Notes under the pieces: generated by a model
Told to the model about the DNA's origin: nothing
The model's input: the letters and a program-made list of their open reading frames with translations, nothing else
The model's database searches: none
Shown here: in pieces, positions 1-9,130 of the stretch
Layout: each line of letters opens with the position of its first letter
Position numbering within the stretch: position 1 is the stretch's first letter
Source: Acidimicrobiales bacterium
GTDB taxonomy: Bacteria > Actinomycetota > Acidimicrobiia > Acidimicrobiales > Bog-793
Assembly: GCA_052143575.1 (NCBI GenBank)
Contig: JBKQSP010000033.1
Location: forward strand, 10,161-74,160
Length of the DNA stretch: 64,000 bases
Direction: 5' to 3'
Made by a program: the position numbers and the translations under genes

Positions 1-2820
1 GCCCGTTTCGAGATCACCGGTGTGCCCGAGAGCCTGATGGCCGACTTCTCACAGCGCGTCGAGCAGATCGAGGCCTCCAAAGACGACCTGATCGAGGCCT
101 TCGTCGCCGGTCACGGCCGACGCCCGACGGGCGTTGAGATCGTGCGGCTTCGTCAGCAGGCGACCATCGCCACCCGACCCGCCAAGAACCATCGCAGCCT
201 GGCCGAGATGACCGAACACTGGCGCCGGCGCGCCGGCAACCTCGACGACGGTTGCGCCGAAGGAGCGTGGGTGGCATCGCTCCGGGACCGCAACGATCTC
301 CCCCTACTGGCGGCCGGCGACCTGGCGGAGCCGATTCTCGATGACGCCGCCCGGGCTGTTGTCGCGGCGGTGGCGGAGCGGCGTGCCACCTACCGGCGCG
401 ACAACCTCCTCGACGAGGCCCACCGTCTCCTCCACGGTGTCCGTTTCGCCAGCCCCGACGACCGCGTGACGGTCGCGGAACACATCACCGAACTCGCCAT
501 CGACGCCTCCTTGGCCCTCACCCCGCCGGTGTTGCACCACACACCCGAGCGGTATCTCCGCCCCGACGGATCGTCGCGGCTGGCGCCCCGCAGCCATCGC
601 ATCTACACGACCGAGACCTTGCTCGATGCCGAGGCCCGTCTCCTCGAGACCGCACAACGAAGCGGTGGACCGACGGTCGCGACCCCCACCGTCGCCGCCA
701 TCACCGAGCGCAACCTCCCCGGACGGAACCATCGCCTCTCGGTCGACCAGGCCGTCGCCGTGGAGAAGATCGCCACTTCCAACCGGTGGATCGACGTCTT
801 GGTGGGACCGGCCGGGACCGGCAAGTCCACCACCCTGGCGGGCCTCCGAGCGGTCTGGGAAGCCGAGCACGGGCCCGGGTCGGTCATCGGTCTGGCGCCG
901 TCCGCCGCAGCCGCCGAGGTCCTCGCCGGCGAGCTCGGCGTCGACACCGACAACACCGCCAAGTGGCTCACCGAGTATCGCAAGCTTCCCAAGCGCACCG
1001 CCGAACGCCAGCAAATCGCAGCCATCCTCGCCGGCCGCCCCCACTCGGCCAACGCCCAGCAGCTCCGTGAACGGATGCAGTCGTTGGACGCCGAGATCGC
1101 CCGATGGCGCCTGCAGCCCGGTCAGTTGTTGATCATCGACGAGGCCGGCCTGGCGGGGACCTTCGCCCTTGACGAGCTCGTCAGGGATGCAGTCGACGCC
1201 GGGGCGAAGGTCCTTCTTTCGGGCGACTGGGCTCAGCTGTCGGCCGTGGACGCCGGTGGGATGTTCGGGCTTGTCGCCCGCGACGACACCACCTCGGCGG
1301 CCGAGCTGGGAGAAGTCCATCGGTTCAGCTCGGAGTGGGAACGGACCGCCAGCATCGAGCTCCGCCACGGCAACGATCGCGCCCTCGATGCCTATGAGTC
1401 CCACGACCGGATCACCGGTGGCACCCGCGAGGAGCTGCTCGAAGCCGTCTACACAGCATGGAAGCACGACATCGACGCCGGCACGTCGAGTCTCATGATC
1501 GCCCCCGACACTGCCACAGTGAGCGAGCTGAACCGCCGTGCCCGCGCCGACCGTGTCGCCGCCGGAGACGTCGCCGAGCACGGCGTGAATGCCGCAGCCG
1601 GGCAGACGGTCGGCGTCGGCGACCAGGTCGTCACCCGTCGCAACGACCGCCGCCTCGCCACCGGAGCCGGCTGGGTCAAGAACGGCGACCGCTGGGTGGT
1701 CACTGCCACCGATGACGACGGCAGCATGACCGTGCGGCGCGCCGGCGGACACGGCGTCGTCGTTCTGCCGGCGCACTACGTGGCCGAACACGTCGAGCTT
1801 GCTTACGCGACCACGGCGCATCGTTCCCAAGGCCGCACCGTCGGGACCGCCCACGCGCTCGTGTCGCCGAGCACGACGCGAGAAGTCCTCTACGTCGCCG
1901 CCACCCGAGGGCGCGACGCGAATCGCCTCTACGTCGACACCGCCTACGACCCTGACCCGCAAACCAGCCACGATCACGCCGACGACCCTCGAACGACCCG
2001 AGAGGTGCTGGCCAGGGTGCTCGCCAACACGGGAGCTGAGTCATCCGCCCACGAGACTCTCCGCCGAGCACAGGGCGAGTTCGAGAGCTGGGCGAGCCTG
2101 CACGCCGAGTACCAGACCATCGCCCAGGCCGCCCAAGCCGAGCGCTGGAACACGCTTCTCGAGCACTCTGGGCTGACAGACCAGCAGCTCCAACAGGTTC
2201 GCTCAAGCGGTGCCCACGGGCCGCTCCTCACTGCGTTCCGAGACGCCGACTCCCGGGGCCTCGACCTCGAGTCCTCCCTGCCGCGGCTCGTCCGGACCCG
2301 CACCTTTGCTGACACCGACGACCCCGCCTCTGTCCTTCACGAACGTGTCGAACGGTGGATTCATGCCAGTGGTAGCCGCCGCCAGCCACGCAGCAACCTC
2401 ATTGCCGGGCTCATGCCAAGAGCTCTCGGAGTCACCGATCCCGATTTCGCCCGGGCTCTCAACGAACGCGACAAAGGGCTTGAGGGCCGCGCCCGACTGC
2501 TCGCCGAAAAGGCGGTGATCGATCGGCCCGGGTGGCTCCGTCAGCTCGGCTCCCCACCGGTCGATCCCAGGCTGCAAGCGCAGTGGGTGCGGGCCATCTC
2601 GACGGTCGCCGCCTACCGCGAACGCTGGAACATCACCGCCGCCGACCAAGCCCTCGAACCCCCGGGCCGGATTGATGATCTCGATCGGGCAAAGCAGCGC
2701 CAACGGGCGCTCGCTGCCGCCAAACAAGCACGTCGGCTGTCCTCGACCACGCCACGCCGTCACGACACGGGGCTGGCCGTCAGCGCGCCGACTGCGAGCC
2801 GCGAAGGGATCGACCTCTGA
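1..2820 (+). CDS. MobF/TrwC-TraA-type conjugative relaxase, C-terminal RecD-like helicase portion (5' partial)
   Basis: ORF 22..2820 stays open in frame back to nt 1 (ARFEITGVPESLMADFSQR...). It has a Walker A (VLVGPAGTGKST), a Walker B-like LLIIDEAGL, and the YATTAHRSQGRTV plus LYVAATRGR motifs typical of relaxase-linked helicases. Confidence 0.8.
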   Translation, partial: ARFEITGVPESLMADFSQRVEQIEASKDDLIEAFVAGHGRRPTGVEIVRLRQQATIATRPAKNHRSLAEMTEHWRRRAGNLDDGCAEGAWVASLRDRNDLPLLAAGDLAEPILDDAARAVVAAVAERRATYRRDNLLDEAHRLLHGVRFASPDDRVTVAEHITELAIDASLALTPPVLHHTPERYLRPDGSSRLAPRSHRIYTTETLLDAEARLLETAQRSGGPTVATPTVAAITERNLPGRNHRLSVDQAVAVEKIATSNRWIDVLVGPAGTGKSTTLAGLRAVWEAEHGPGSVIGLAPSAAAAEVLAGELGVDTDNTAKWLTEYRKLPKRTAERQQIAAILAGRPHSANAQQLRERMQSLDAEIARWRLQPGQLLIIDEAGLAGTFALDELVRDAVDAGAKVLLSGDWAQLSAVDAGGMFGLVARDDTTSAAELGEVHRFSSEWERTASIELRHGNDRALDAYESHDRITGGTREELLEAVYTAWKHDIDAGTSSLMIAPDTATVSELNRRARADRVAAGDVAEHGVNAAAGQTVGVGDQVVTRRNDRRLATGAGWVKNGDRWVVTATDDDGSMTVRRAGGHGVVVLPAHYVAEHVELAYATTAHRSQGRTVGTAHALVSPSTTREVLYVAATRGRDANRLYVDTAYDPDPQTSHDHADDPRTTREVLARVLANTGAESSAHETLRRAQGEFESWASLHAEYQTIAQAAQAERWNTLLEHSGLTDQQLQQVRSSGAHGPLLTAFRDADSRGLDLESSLPRLVRTRTFADTDDPASVLHERVERWIHASGSRRQPRSNLIAGLMPRALGVTDPDFARALNERDKGLEGRARLLAEKAVIDRPGWLRQLGSPPVDPRLQAQWVRAISTVAAYRERWNITAADQALEPPGRIDDLDRAKQRQRALAAAKQARRLSSTTPRRHDTGLAVSAPTASREGIDL

Positions 2821-2821
2821 C

Positions 2822-3316
2822 GTGAGCGACCGATACGGAGAGGAAAGACGACGACGGCGTCAGCCAGTTGGACACGGTGACGCAGTGAACCAGGTTGCGC
2901 CTTCATTGCCCCACGGGATCGATCCGCCACCATTGCACCCCGTCGCGGGCGCGGCCATCACGCCGGCGGTCGTCAGCATCGAAGGGCTGATCGAGGCCGC
3001 CGTCGAGCGGGCGATCCGCCGCGGTCTCGGGCCCTACCTGCACCGTCTCAGCGCCTGCGAGCCGGCCGTCTACACCGTCGCCCAGAGCGCCGAGGTCCTG
3101 CAGGTCTCCGAGGACACAATCGGCCGGATGGTGCGGCGAGGAGTACTTCCACGGGTCCCGCACGTCGGCGGCAAGGTGCTCATCCCCAAGCGTGCGCTCC
3201 ATCGTCTCATCGAGGGATCAGAGCTCGCTTACACCGCCCCGGCCGCCGAGGACGCCACGGCGGCGGAGGCCGGCGATCCCCGGAGCAGCCGGTCCATCAG
3301 GTCAGCCGCCTCGTGA
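2822..3316 (+). CDS. Excisionase-family / MerR-like helix-turn-helix DNA-binding protein (start uncertain)
   Basis: The ORF 2672..3316 frame contains VYTVAQSAEVLQVSEDTIGRMVRRGVLPRVPHVGGKVLIPKRAL, a typical excisionase HTH. A GTG at 2822 follows the relaxase stop directly. The 3' tail overlaps the integrase 3' end convergently. Confidence 0.55.
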   Translation: MSDRYGEERRRRRQPVGHGDAVNQVAPSLPHGIDPPPLHPVAGAAITPAVVSIEGLIEAAVERAIRRGLGPYLHRLSACEPAVYTVAQSAEVLQVSEDTIGRMVRRGVLPRVPHVGGKVLIPKRALHRLIEGSELAYTAPAAEDATAAEAGDPRSSRSIRSAAS

Positions 3317-4485
3317 TCCGATCCGGGGATGTAGTGACGGTACGTGCCCAAGATGTTGGCTTCGGTGCAGCCGAGGCGCTCGGCCACGACTGAGATGGGG
3401 ACGCCGGCCATGAGCATCTGGCTCGCCGCCGTGTGCCGGAGGTCATGGAGCCGCATGCGGGCGACGCCGGCCCGGGCGCTGTAGCGCAGCCAGGCGTGCG
3501 ATGGCCACGGAAGGCTCCAGTGCGAGACGCCGTCGTCGGAGAAGACGAACGACTCTGGCCCGAAGGGCACTCCTATCTTCCTAGCGCGTTCCTCCGCCCG
3601 GACGGCGTGGGCGGCCAGCATCTGCTTGGTGTCCGGCCCGAGGGTGACCGGGTACGAGCGGTCCGCCTTCGTTCCCTTTTCGACCGTCCCACACTCGGCC
3701 TCGGCGATCGAGCGCGAGAAGGTGATGGTTGCCCGCTCGAGGTCGACGTCACCCCAGCGCAGGGCAACGAGCGTGCCGCGGCGGGCACCGACGGTCGCAG
3801 CCAGCTGGATGAACGTGGCGAACTCCGGAGTCGCGACATCCTGGACGGCGCGTACGTCGGTCATCGACGGGACGTCGAGCTGGCGGGACTTCACCCGGGG
3901 AGGGTCCGCCGCCAGCGCTGGATTGGCGCTCACCAATCGCTTTCTGACTGCCCAGTTGAACATCGTCCGGATCTGGCCGTGACAGCGAAGGATGACCGAC
4001 GGTGACAGTCCGGTCTCCTGTTCGAGGCTCCGGTAGAGACGGTCGAGGTGCACGCCACTCACCTGCTCGGCATGCCAAGGGCCGATGACGGGAAGGATGT
4101 GGTGGCGAAAGTTGTCAGCCACCGTCTTGGCGGTTTTCGGAGACCAGCCGATCCAGTCCCCGCTTCGGGGATCCTGCCGAGGACGGTTTGCCTCCTGCCA
4201 GGCGGCGGCGATCTCGGCGACCGATGGGCCCCGACCAGGCGTGTCCCGAGCGTCGGGATAGCGTCCCGACTCGACGGCCGCAATCAGCTCGGCGAGGCGA
4301 GCATCGGCGAGCTTGGCTCCCGCTCTGTTGTTGGCGGCGGGGACGGTCTCGTAGATGGTGCGGCGCCGGCCCGTAAGCGGATCGAAGCCGTTGGCAACCG
4401 CCAACCGCCAAGCGCCTTCCTTGAACCGTTTGTGACCTCGCATGGTCCCACTATGTTGGCGGGATTGTTGGCGGAGGTCAAGCAC
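3229..4485 (-). CDS. Tyrosine recombinase / phage-type integrase
   Basis: The 418-aa ORF has an N-terminal SAM-like domain. Its C-terminal catalytic region carries ARRGTLVALRW, HDLRHTAAS and LGTYRHY (the R..H-x-x-R..Y signature). It is adjacent to a tRNA 3' end. Confidence 0.9.
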   Translation of the reverse strand: MLDLRQQSRQHSGTMRGHKRFKEGAWRLAVANGFDPLTGRRRTIYETVPAANNRAGAKLADARLAELIAAVESGRYPDARDTPGRGPSVAEIAAAWQEANRPRQDPRSGDWIGWSPKTAKTVADNFRHHILPVIGPWHAEQVSGVHLDRLYRSLEQETGLSPSVILRCHGQIRTMFNWAVRKRLVSANPALAADPPRVKSRQLDVPSMTDVRAVQDVATPEFATFIQLAATVGARRGTLVALRWGDVDLERATITFSRSIAEAECGTVEKGTKADRSYPVTLGPDTKQMLAAHAVRAEERARKIGVPFGPESFVFSDDGVSHWSLPWPSHAWLRYSARAGVARMRLHDLRHTAASQMLMAGVPISVVAERLGCTEANILGTYRHYIPGSDHEAADLMDRLLRGSPASAAVASSAAGAV

Positions 4486-4532
4486 CTCTGCGGAGGATTT
4501 CGTGAAAGACTATCTGAGCTGGACTTATATGA

Positions 4533-4606
4533 GCACCCCCAACGGGATTCGAACCCGTGCTACCACCTTGAAAGGGTGGCGTCCTAGGCCGCTAGACGAT
4601 GGGGGC
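4533..4606 (-). tRNA. tRNA-Glu (anticodon UUC)
   Basis: The reverse complement reads GCCCCCATCGTCTAGCGGCCTAGGACGCCACCCTTTCAAGGTGGTAGCACGGGTTCGAATCCCGTTGGGGGTG. It folds as a cloverleaf with anticodon loop CTTTCAA (TTC) and T-loop GGTTCGAATCC. No CCA is encoded. Confidence 0.9.
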
Positions 4607-4711
4607 AATCGCCGGGGAGAGCCACCGGCAGGACCGGTCGAGGTTACCAGCGGGCGGGCAGAGGCTCGCTCGGCACAGCTCGCCCGTCCGGATGCCTGAT
4701 CGAGGGCCGTC

Positions 4712-6142
4712 TCACGACGACAGCAGCCACTCGGTCCCTTCGGCGGCGTCCCGCACCTCCACCCCGAGCGCCTCGAGGCGCTGACGGATCCAGTCCGCCT
4801 CCTCGAAGCGCCGCTCCGCCCGCGCCCGGCTGCGCAGCTCGAGCATGGTCTCGATGAAGGGCCCCACCACGCCGCGCGGGTCACGCACACCGGCCTCGCC
4901 AGCGCGGCCCAGCTCGACGACGAGGGAGCGCAGGCTCGCCCGTGCCCGGTCCATGGCGTCACCGAAGGGGATGTCCGTCGACCATTCCGTGATTTGAGCC
5001 TCCAACTCGAGCACCTCGCCGACGGCGCCCTGCACGTCCCGACGGGCGAGGGCGGCGGCAAAACCGCCCTCGCGTTCCCGCACCAGGCCGATGAGCGGGG
5101 AGTCCGTGAAGGCCCCGGCGATCGGTGCCGCGCCCGGCGCCGCTGTGGCGGCGGCGCCACGGGCTGGGCGCTCGGACGCCTCCCCGGTATCGGCGCCGGC
5201 GCCGGCCGGCTCGCCGGTGCGGCGCCTGACGGCGCCGCTACCACCACTTGCCAGCTCCATCGCTACCTGCGGGAATTCGTCGATCTTCACGATCGCACCG
5301 GCGGGGAACGTGCTCGCCCGCCCCGCAGCCCTCACCGTGACGACGCCGAGCCCCGTGATGCTGGCGACGCCCTCGTCCAGGTCGAAGGTGACGGCCGTGT
5401 GCTCGTCGACACCGAGCACGAAGACCCCGGGAGGAAGCTGCGTCTCGAGGTAGGAGAGGCGCCGTTCCCCGAGATAGCAAAAACGTGTGTCGTGTGTGCC
5501 GCCCTCGGCGTTGTTGTAGTGAGGGATCACCGCCGCCCGGATGCCGAACGACGACATCAAGTCGAGTCCGGCCAGCCAATACGGGTCCGCTCCGACCTTG
5601 TAGATCTCGTAGACCGGCACCGTGCTCACGCCGAGGGTGAGGGCTGCGGCCGACGAGAACGTGAGCCCGCCGCCGTGGGCGAGCATCTCGTTCAACAAGG
5701 AGGGGACGACGGTCGAGGTCCATTTTCGCAAGGCGTAACTGGGGCTGCCGGGCCCTGTGAAGACGTAACGGGCGCCGCGCACCGCCGACACGAGGCGCTC
5801 CTCGGCGAAGGAGTCTCCTGCCGTGGCGGACCACATCGTCCCCTCGGAGACGGGCGCGATGGCCGACACACCCGCCACGTCGATCTCGGCATGCAGGCTC
5901 TCCGCGAAGTAGCGGCGGATTCGCTCGCAGAGCTCGGGAGCGTTTTCTTGAAAGGCAAAGGGCGTATCGAGCAGAACCGTCGGCACAGGGGGCGGCCCCA
6001 GGCGCTCGAGCATCGCCCGGTGCACCTTGACCATCGTCGGGGCGATCTCACCCGATCCCATGATCGTGAGGAGGCGGGGCGTCCCTGCCCGACCCGAGCG
6101 GGCCGCGCCGGCGGGCGCGGCGCCGGCGGCCGAACCGCTCAT
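4712..6142 (-). CDS. Two-domain protein: N-terminal S51/cyanophycinase-like (type-1 glutamine-amidotransferase-like) domain fused to a CysRS/MshC-type C-terminal (DALR-2-like) domain
   Basis: The ATG at 6142 overlaps the stop of the upstream gene (ATGA). The N-terminus reads LLTIMGSGE...YVFTGPGSPSYAL...TFSSAAALTLG, an S51-like pattern. The C-terminus reads FAAALARRDVQGAVGEVLEL...ELRSRARAERRFEEADWIRQRLEALGVEVRDAAEGTEW, which matches the characteristic C-terminal end of cysteinyl-tRNA synthetases. Confidence 0.6.
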   Translation of the reverse strand: MSGSAAGAAPAGAARSGRAGTPRLLTIMGSGEIAPTMVKVHRAMLERLGPPPVPTVLLDTPFAFQENAPELCERIRRYFAESLHAEIDVAGVSAIAPVSEGTMWSATAGDSFAEERLVSAVRGARYVFTGPGSPSYALRKWTSTVVPSLLNEMLAHGGGLTFSSAAALTLGVSTVPVYEIYKVGADPYWLAGLDLMSSFGIRAAVIPHYNNAEGGTHDTRFCYLGERRLSYLETQLPPGVFVLGVDEHTAVTFDLDEGVASITGLGVVTVRAAGRASTFPAGAIVKIDEFPQVAMELASGGSGAVRRRTGEPAGAGADTGEASERPARGAAATAAPGAAPIAGAFTDSPLIGLVREREGGFAAALARRDVQGAVGEVLELEAQITEWSTDIPFGDAMDRARASLRSLVVELGRAGEAGVRDPRGVVGPFIETMLELRSRARAERRFEEADWIRQRLEALGVEVRDAAEGTEWLLSS

Positions 6143-6810
6143 GGCCCTTCTGTCGGCTGCGGCGTACCGTCCCAGCGAAGACCACCGAGTGGCTCGCCCC
6201 AGGGGTCGTCGGGCACGGAGTCGTCGGCCCCTGGGATCGGCTCGGGCAGCCATCCGGTGAGGAAGTCCACGAGCTCGGTCTGGAGACCGGAGAGGTAGTA
6301 GTAGTAGAGCATCTGCTGCGGCATCCCCGCCCTGGGCGGCTCGGTGCCCTCGTCGACTCCGAGGATCGTGCCGAGCACGAGGCGGATGTCGTTGAGCGCC
6401 GTCATCCACTCCTGGATCTGCTCGGCGTCGAGCCGCTTCGCCGTCGCGGTCGACGACAGCGTCTGGAGCGCCCGCCGGTGGTGCTCGAGGAGCGCCGGTC
6501 GCACCGTTCCGACGTAGGCGCGCTCGGCATCGTCGTCACGCGTGTAGGCCGGTGGGAACAACCTCCGCAAGGAGGGCGGGACGGCGGCGGCGCCCTCGAC
6601 CGCCGGAAAGGCCGGTACAGCGTCGGCGGCCAGTGCCGCGGCCTCCTCGACGACCGAGTCGCCACCGTCGCCGTCGTCGGCAGCGGCGAGCGCACCGAGG
6701 ACGTCGTCGATCTCGCGGGGCAGATTGGCAAGGAGAGCTCGCTCCGGCGAGCTCAGCCGCAGCACGCAGCCGCCGGGGTCGTCTCGATTCGGGAGTATTC
6801 GCTTCCTCAC
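6139..6810 (-). CDS. DUF2017 domain protein (the conserved ClpS neighbour in Actinobacteria)
   Basis: The GTG at 6810 overlaps the clpS stop (GTGA). The C-terminal region [18 protein letters not shown]...[15 protein letters not shown] is typical of DUF2017. Confidence 0.7.
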   Translation of the reverse strand: MRKRILPNRDDPGGCVLRLSSPERALLANLPREIDDVLGALAAADDGDGGDSVVEEAAALAADAVPAFPAVEGAAAVPPSLRRLFPPAYTRDDDAERAYVGTVRPALLEHHRRALQTLSSTATAKRLDAEQIQEWMTALNDIRLVLGTILGVDEGTEPPRAGMPQQMLYYYYLSGLQTELVDFLTGWLPEPIPGADDSVPDDPWGEPLGGLRWDGTPQPTEGP

Positions 6811-7118
6811 GTGCTTCGCTCCATCGTGGCCCACAGCCCGTGCTGGTGCAGCCGAGTGACGTCCATCTCGGCCCGCTCCCTCGGCCCGCTCGCTACGACT
6901 GCTCGGCCCTTGTAGTGAACGTCGAGCATGAGCTTGTGCGCTTTCGACTTCGAGTAGCCGAAGAGCTTCTGGAAGACGAAGGTCACGTACGTCATGAGAT
7001 TGATGGGATCGTTCCAGACGATCACGAGCCAGGGGCGATCGACGTCGAGTGACTCGTCGGTAATCGGGCGTTCGACCTCGACGGGGGCCGCTGCCGGCCC
7101 GGGCGCCATGCTCGTCAC
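6807..7118 (-). CDS. clpS: ATP-dependent Clp protease adaptor ClpS
   Basis: The 103-aa ORF carries the core [47 protein letters not shown], a canonical ClpS fold sequence. Its GTG start overlaps the ctaA stop. Confidence 0.9.
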   Translation of the reverse strand: MTSMAPGPAAAPVEVERPITDESLDVDRPWLVIVWNDPINLMTYVTFVFQKLFGYSKSKAHKLMLDVHYKGRAVVASGPRERAEMDVTRLHQHGLWATMERST

Positions 7119-8143
7119 GTCGCGCTCGCCACGACAGGTCGGCCGCTCGACGTCGTGTCGCCGGCGTCGGAGCCGTCACCGGTGGCGGCGTGTGCTCGGC
7201 GGGGATGTTCGTGCAGCGAGAGATAGAAACCCACCGCTGCCAGCCACAACATCGTCACCCCGAGGATGTGGAACTCGACCACCCAGGGGGAGTCGTGCAG
7301 GAAGAACTGCACGTATCCGAGCGCTCCCTGTACGACGAGCAGCTCGAACAGCCATCTCAGGTGCCGTTGCACATCGGTGGGGACGCCGGGGCGGCGGAAG
7401 GCGAAGAGGGACGCCAGCGTCAACCCGATCAGGAAGATCGCCACATCGCTGTGCGCCTCGGCGACGTCCCTGAAGGCGATCGGGATGCGTTGGATCGGTT
7501 GGCCGGGCGAGCCCGGTGCTCCGGCATGAGGGCCGGCGCCGGCTACCACGGTGCCGATGCAGCACACGAGTCCGAGCACGACCACGAGGACGCGCCCCAG
7601 CCAGCGGAGCTCGGTCGACACGACGGGAGTGAAACGCGTCGCTTCCTGCTCAGGACCGATTCCGCTCTGGTGGTAGAAGACGACGGCGTCGGCCAGCACG
7701 ACGATCGTCAGCAGGAAATGGCAGGCGACCAGGTACGGGTTCAGCTTGAAGAGCACGACGAGACCGCCGAGCACGATCTGGGCGACGACTCCGGCGGCGA
7801 GGCCGCCACCGAGCCAGCAGAGGTCGCGCCGCCTCGGCGAGCGGGCAAAGGCCACCAGGAGGGCCAGCGCCGAGACAATCGTCACGGCCACCGTGACGAG
7901 CCGGTTCATGAATTCGACCATTGGGTGGAACGAGACGTGCGCCGTCAGCTGGTGCTGGTAGCACGAGGGCCAATCCGGGCAGCCGAGACCGGAGCCGGTG
8001 AGGCGGACGGCCCCACCCGTGATCATCAACAGGACGTAGCAGATCACCGAGGCGAGGGCGACCTTGCGCACGACCGATGGCGAGACGGCAAAACGGGACG
8101 CGGCGTTGCCGACTGCGGACCGGACGTCAGAAGAAGGTCCCAC
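7115..8143 (-). CDS. ctaA: Heme A synthase (COX15/CtaA family); the start is uncertain (the maximal ORF reaches 8227)
   Basis: It contains [20 protein letters not shown] and is polytopic with conserved His residues. It is divergent from ctaB. The GTG at 8143 was chosen to avoid overlapping the divergent ctaB start. Confidence 0.75.
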   Translation of the reverse strand: MGPSSDVRSAVGNAASRFAVSPSVVRKVALASVICYVLLMITGGAVRLTGSGLGCPDWPSCYQHQLTAHVSFHPMVEFMNRLVTVAVTIVSALALLVAFARSPRRRDLCWLGGGLAAGVVAQIVLGGLVVLFKLNPYLVACHFLLTIVVLADAVVFYHQSGIGPEQEATRFTPVVSTELRWLGRVLVVVLGLVCCIGTVVAGAGPHAGAPGSPGQPIQRIPIAFRDVAEAHSDVAIFLIGLTLASLFAFRRPGVPTDVQRHLRWLFELLVVQGALGYVQFFLHDSPWVVEFHILGVTMLWLAAVGFYLSLHEHPRRAHAATGDGSDAGDTTSSGRPVVASAT

Positions 8144-8218
8144 CTCGCCCGATGGTACGCGAAGTCGCGCTCGCAACGAATTCGGCGCGCCTGCCGGACT
8201 CGGCCATAGGATGGCAGC

Positions 8219-9130
8219 GTGGCCCAAACTGTTCCGCTCCTGAGTGAGGGCCGCACCCTCGGTGTCCGGTTACGCGGCTTCGTCGCCCTCACGAAACCGC
8301 GGATCATCGAGCTCCTCCTCGTGACGACGCTGCCCACGATGGTCGTCGCCCGTCACGGCCTCCCGTCGGGCTGGCTCATGCTGGCCACGCTCGTCGGCGG
8401 CTCGCTCTCGGCCGGTGGCGCCAACGCCACGAACATGTTCCTCGATCGCGACATCGACGCCATCATGAAGCGCACGCGGAAGCGCCCGCTCGTCACGGGC
8501 GCCGTCACGCCGGCCGAGTCGATCGTGTTCGCCATCACCCTGCAGATCGTGGCGTTCTTCGTGCTGTGGCGCTTCGTGAACCTGATCTCCGCCGTGCTGG
8601 CCCTCTCGGCAGCACTGTTCTACGTCTTCGTCTACACGATTGTCTTGAAGCGCCGCTCGGCTCAGAACATCGTCATCGGCGGCGCCGCCGGTGCCGTGCC
8701 CGTGCTCATCGGCTGGACGGCCGTCACCGGTCGCCTCGCCTGGGCGCCCATCGTCTTGTTCGCCCTCATCGTCATCTGGACGCCTTCGCACTTCTGGGCG
8801 CTCGCCGTGAAGTACCGGGAGGACTACGAGGCGGCCCACGTGCCCATGCTGCCGGCCGTGGCGTCCTTCGAACGGGTCGCCCGCCAGATCGTCGTCTACT
8901 CGGTCGCCCTCGTGGCGGTGTCTGTGCTCTTTGCCGTCGTGGCCCACATGGGCCTCGTGTTCTGGGTGGTCGATCTCGTCGCCGGTGCCCTCTATGTCGC
9001 CGACGCCTTGCGGCTGCGCCGCGACGGCGGCACGGCGAAGTCCGCCATGCGGTTGTTCACGTACTCCATCACCTATGTGACGGTGATCTTCGCGGCGATG
9101 GCGATCGACGTCTTCGTCCATGTCCACTGA
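8219..9130 (+). CDS. ctaB: Protoheme IX farnesyltransferase (heme O synthase)
   Basis: The 303-aa UbiA-family polytopic protein contains LTKPRIIELLLVTT and NMFLDRDIDAIMKRTRKRPL. Confidence 0.9.
   Translation: MAQTVPLLSEGRTLGVRLRGFVALTKPRIIELLLVTTLPTMVVARHGLPSGWLMLATLVGGSLSAGGANATNMFLDRDIDAIMKRTRKRPLVTGAVTPAESIVFAITLQIVAFFVLWRFVNLISAVLALSAALFYVFVYTIVLKRRSAQNIVIGGAAGAVPVLIGWTAVTGRLAWAPIVLFALIVIWTPSHFWALAVKYREDYEAAHVPMLPAVASFERVARQIVVYSVALVAVSVLFAVVAHMGLVFWVVDLVAGALYVADALRLRRDGGTAKSAMRLFTYSITYVTVIFAAMAIDVFVHVH

Larger units (their letters stand above)
1..4532. mobile_element. Right-hand end of an integrated mobilizable element (relaxase, excisionase-like HTH, integrase) inserted at the 3' end of tRNA-Glu; the left end is outside the window
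   Basis: The gene triad of relaxase/helicase, HTH excisionase-like protein and tyrosine integrase sits directly next to the 3' end of a tRNA gene. This is the classic layout of a tRNA-targeting integrative element. No T4SS genes lie between the relaxase and the integrase. Confidence 0.6.

Noticed and set aside
304-1977. A 557-aa ORF antisense to the relaxase gene. Many similar long antisense or overlapping ORFs exist, for example 15116..17317, 15239..16411, 15910..17487, 19735..21024, 22635..24935, 27709..29196, 33339..34865, 43669..44967, 44840..46444 and 59666..60694.
   Set aside because: These are typical shadow ORFs of high-GC DNA. Their translations are dominated by Arg/Gly/Pro/Ala, show no recognisable motifs, and fully overlap genes with clear family signatures on the other strand or frame.
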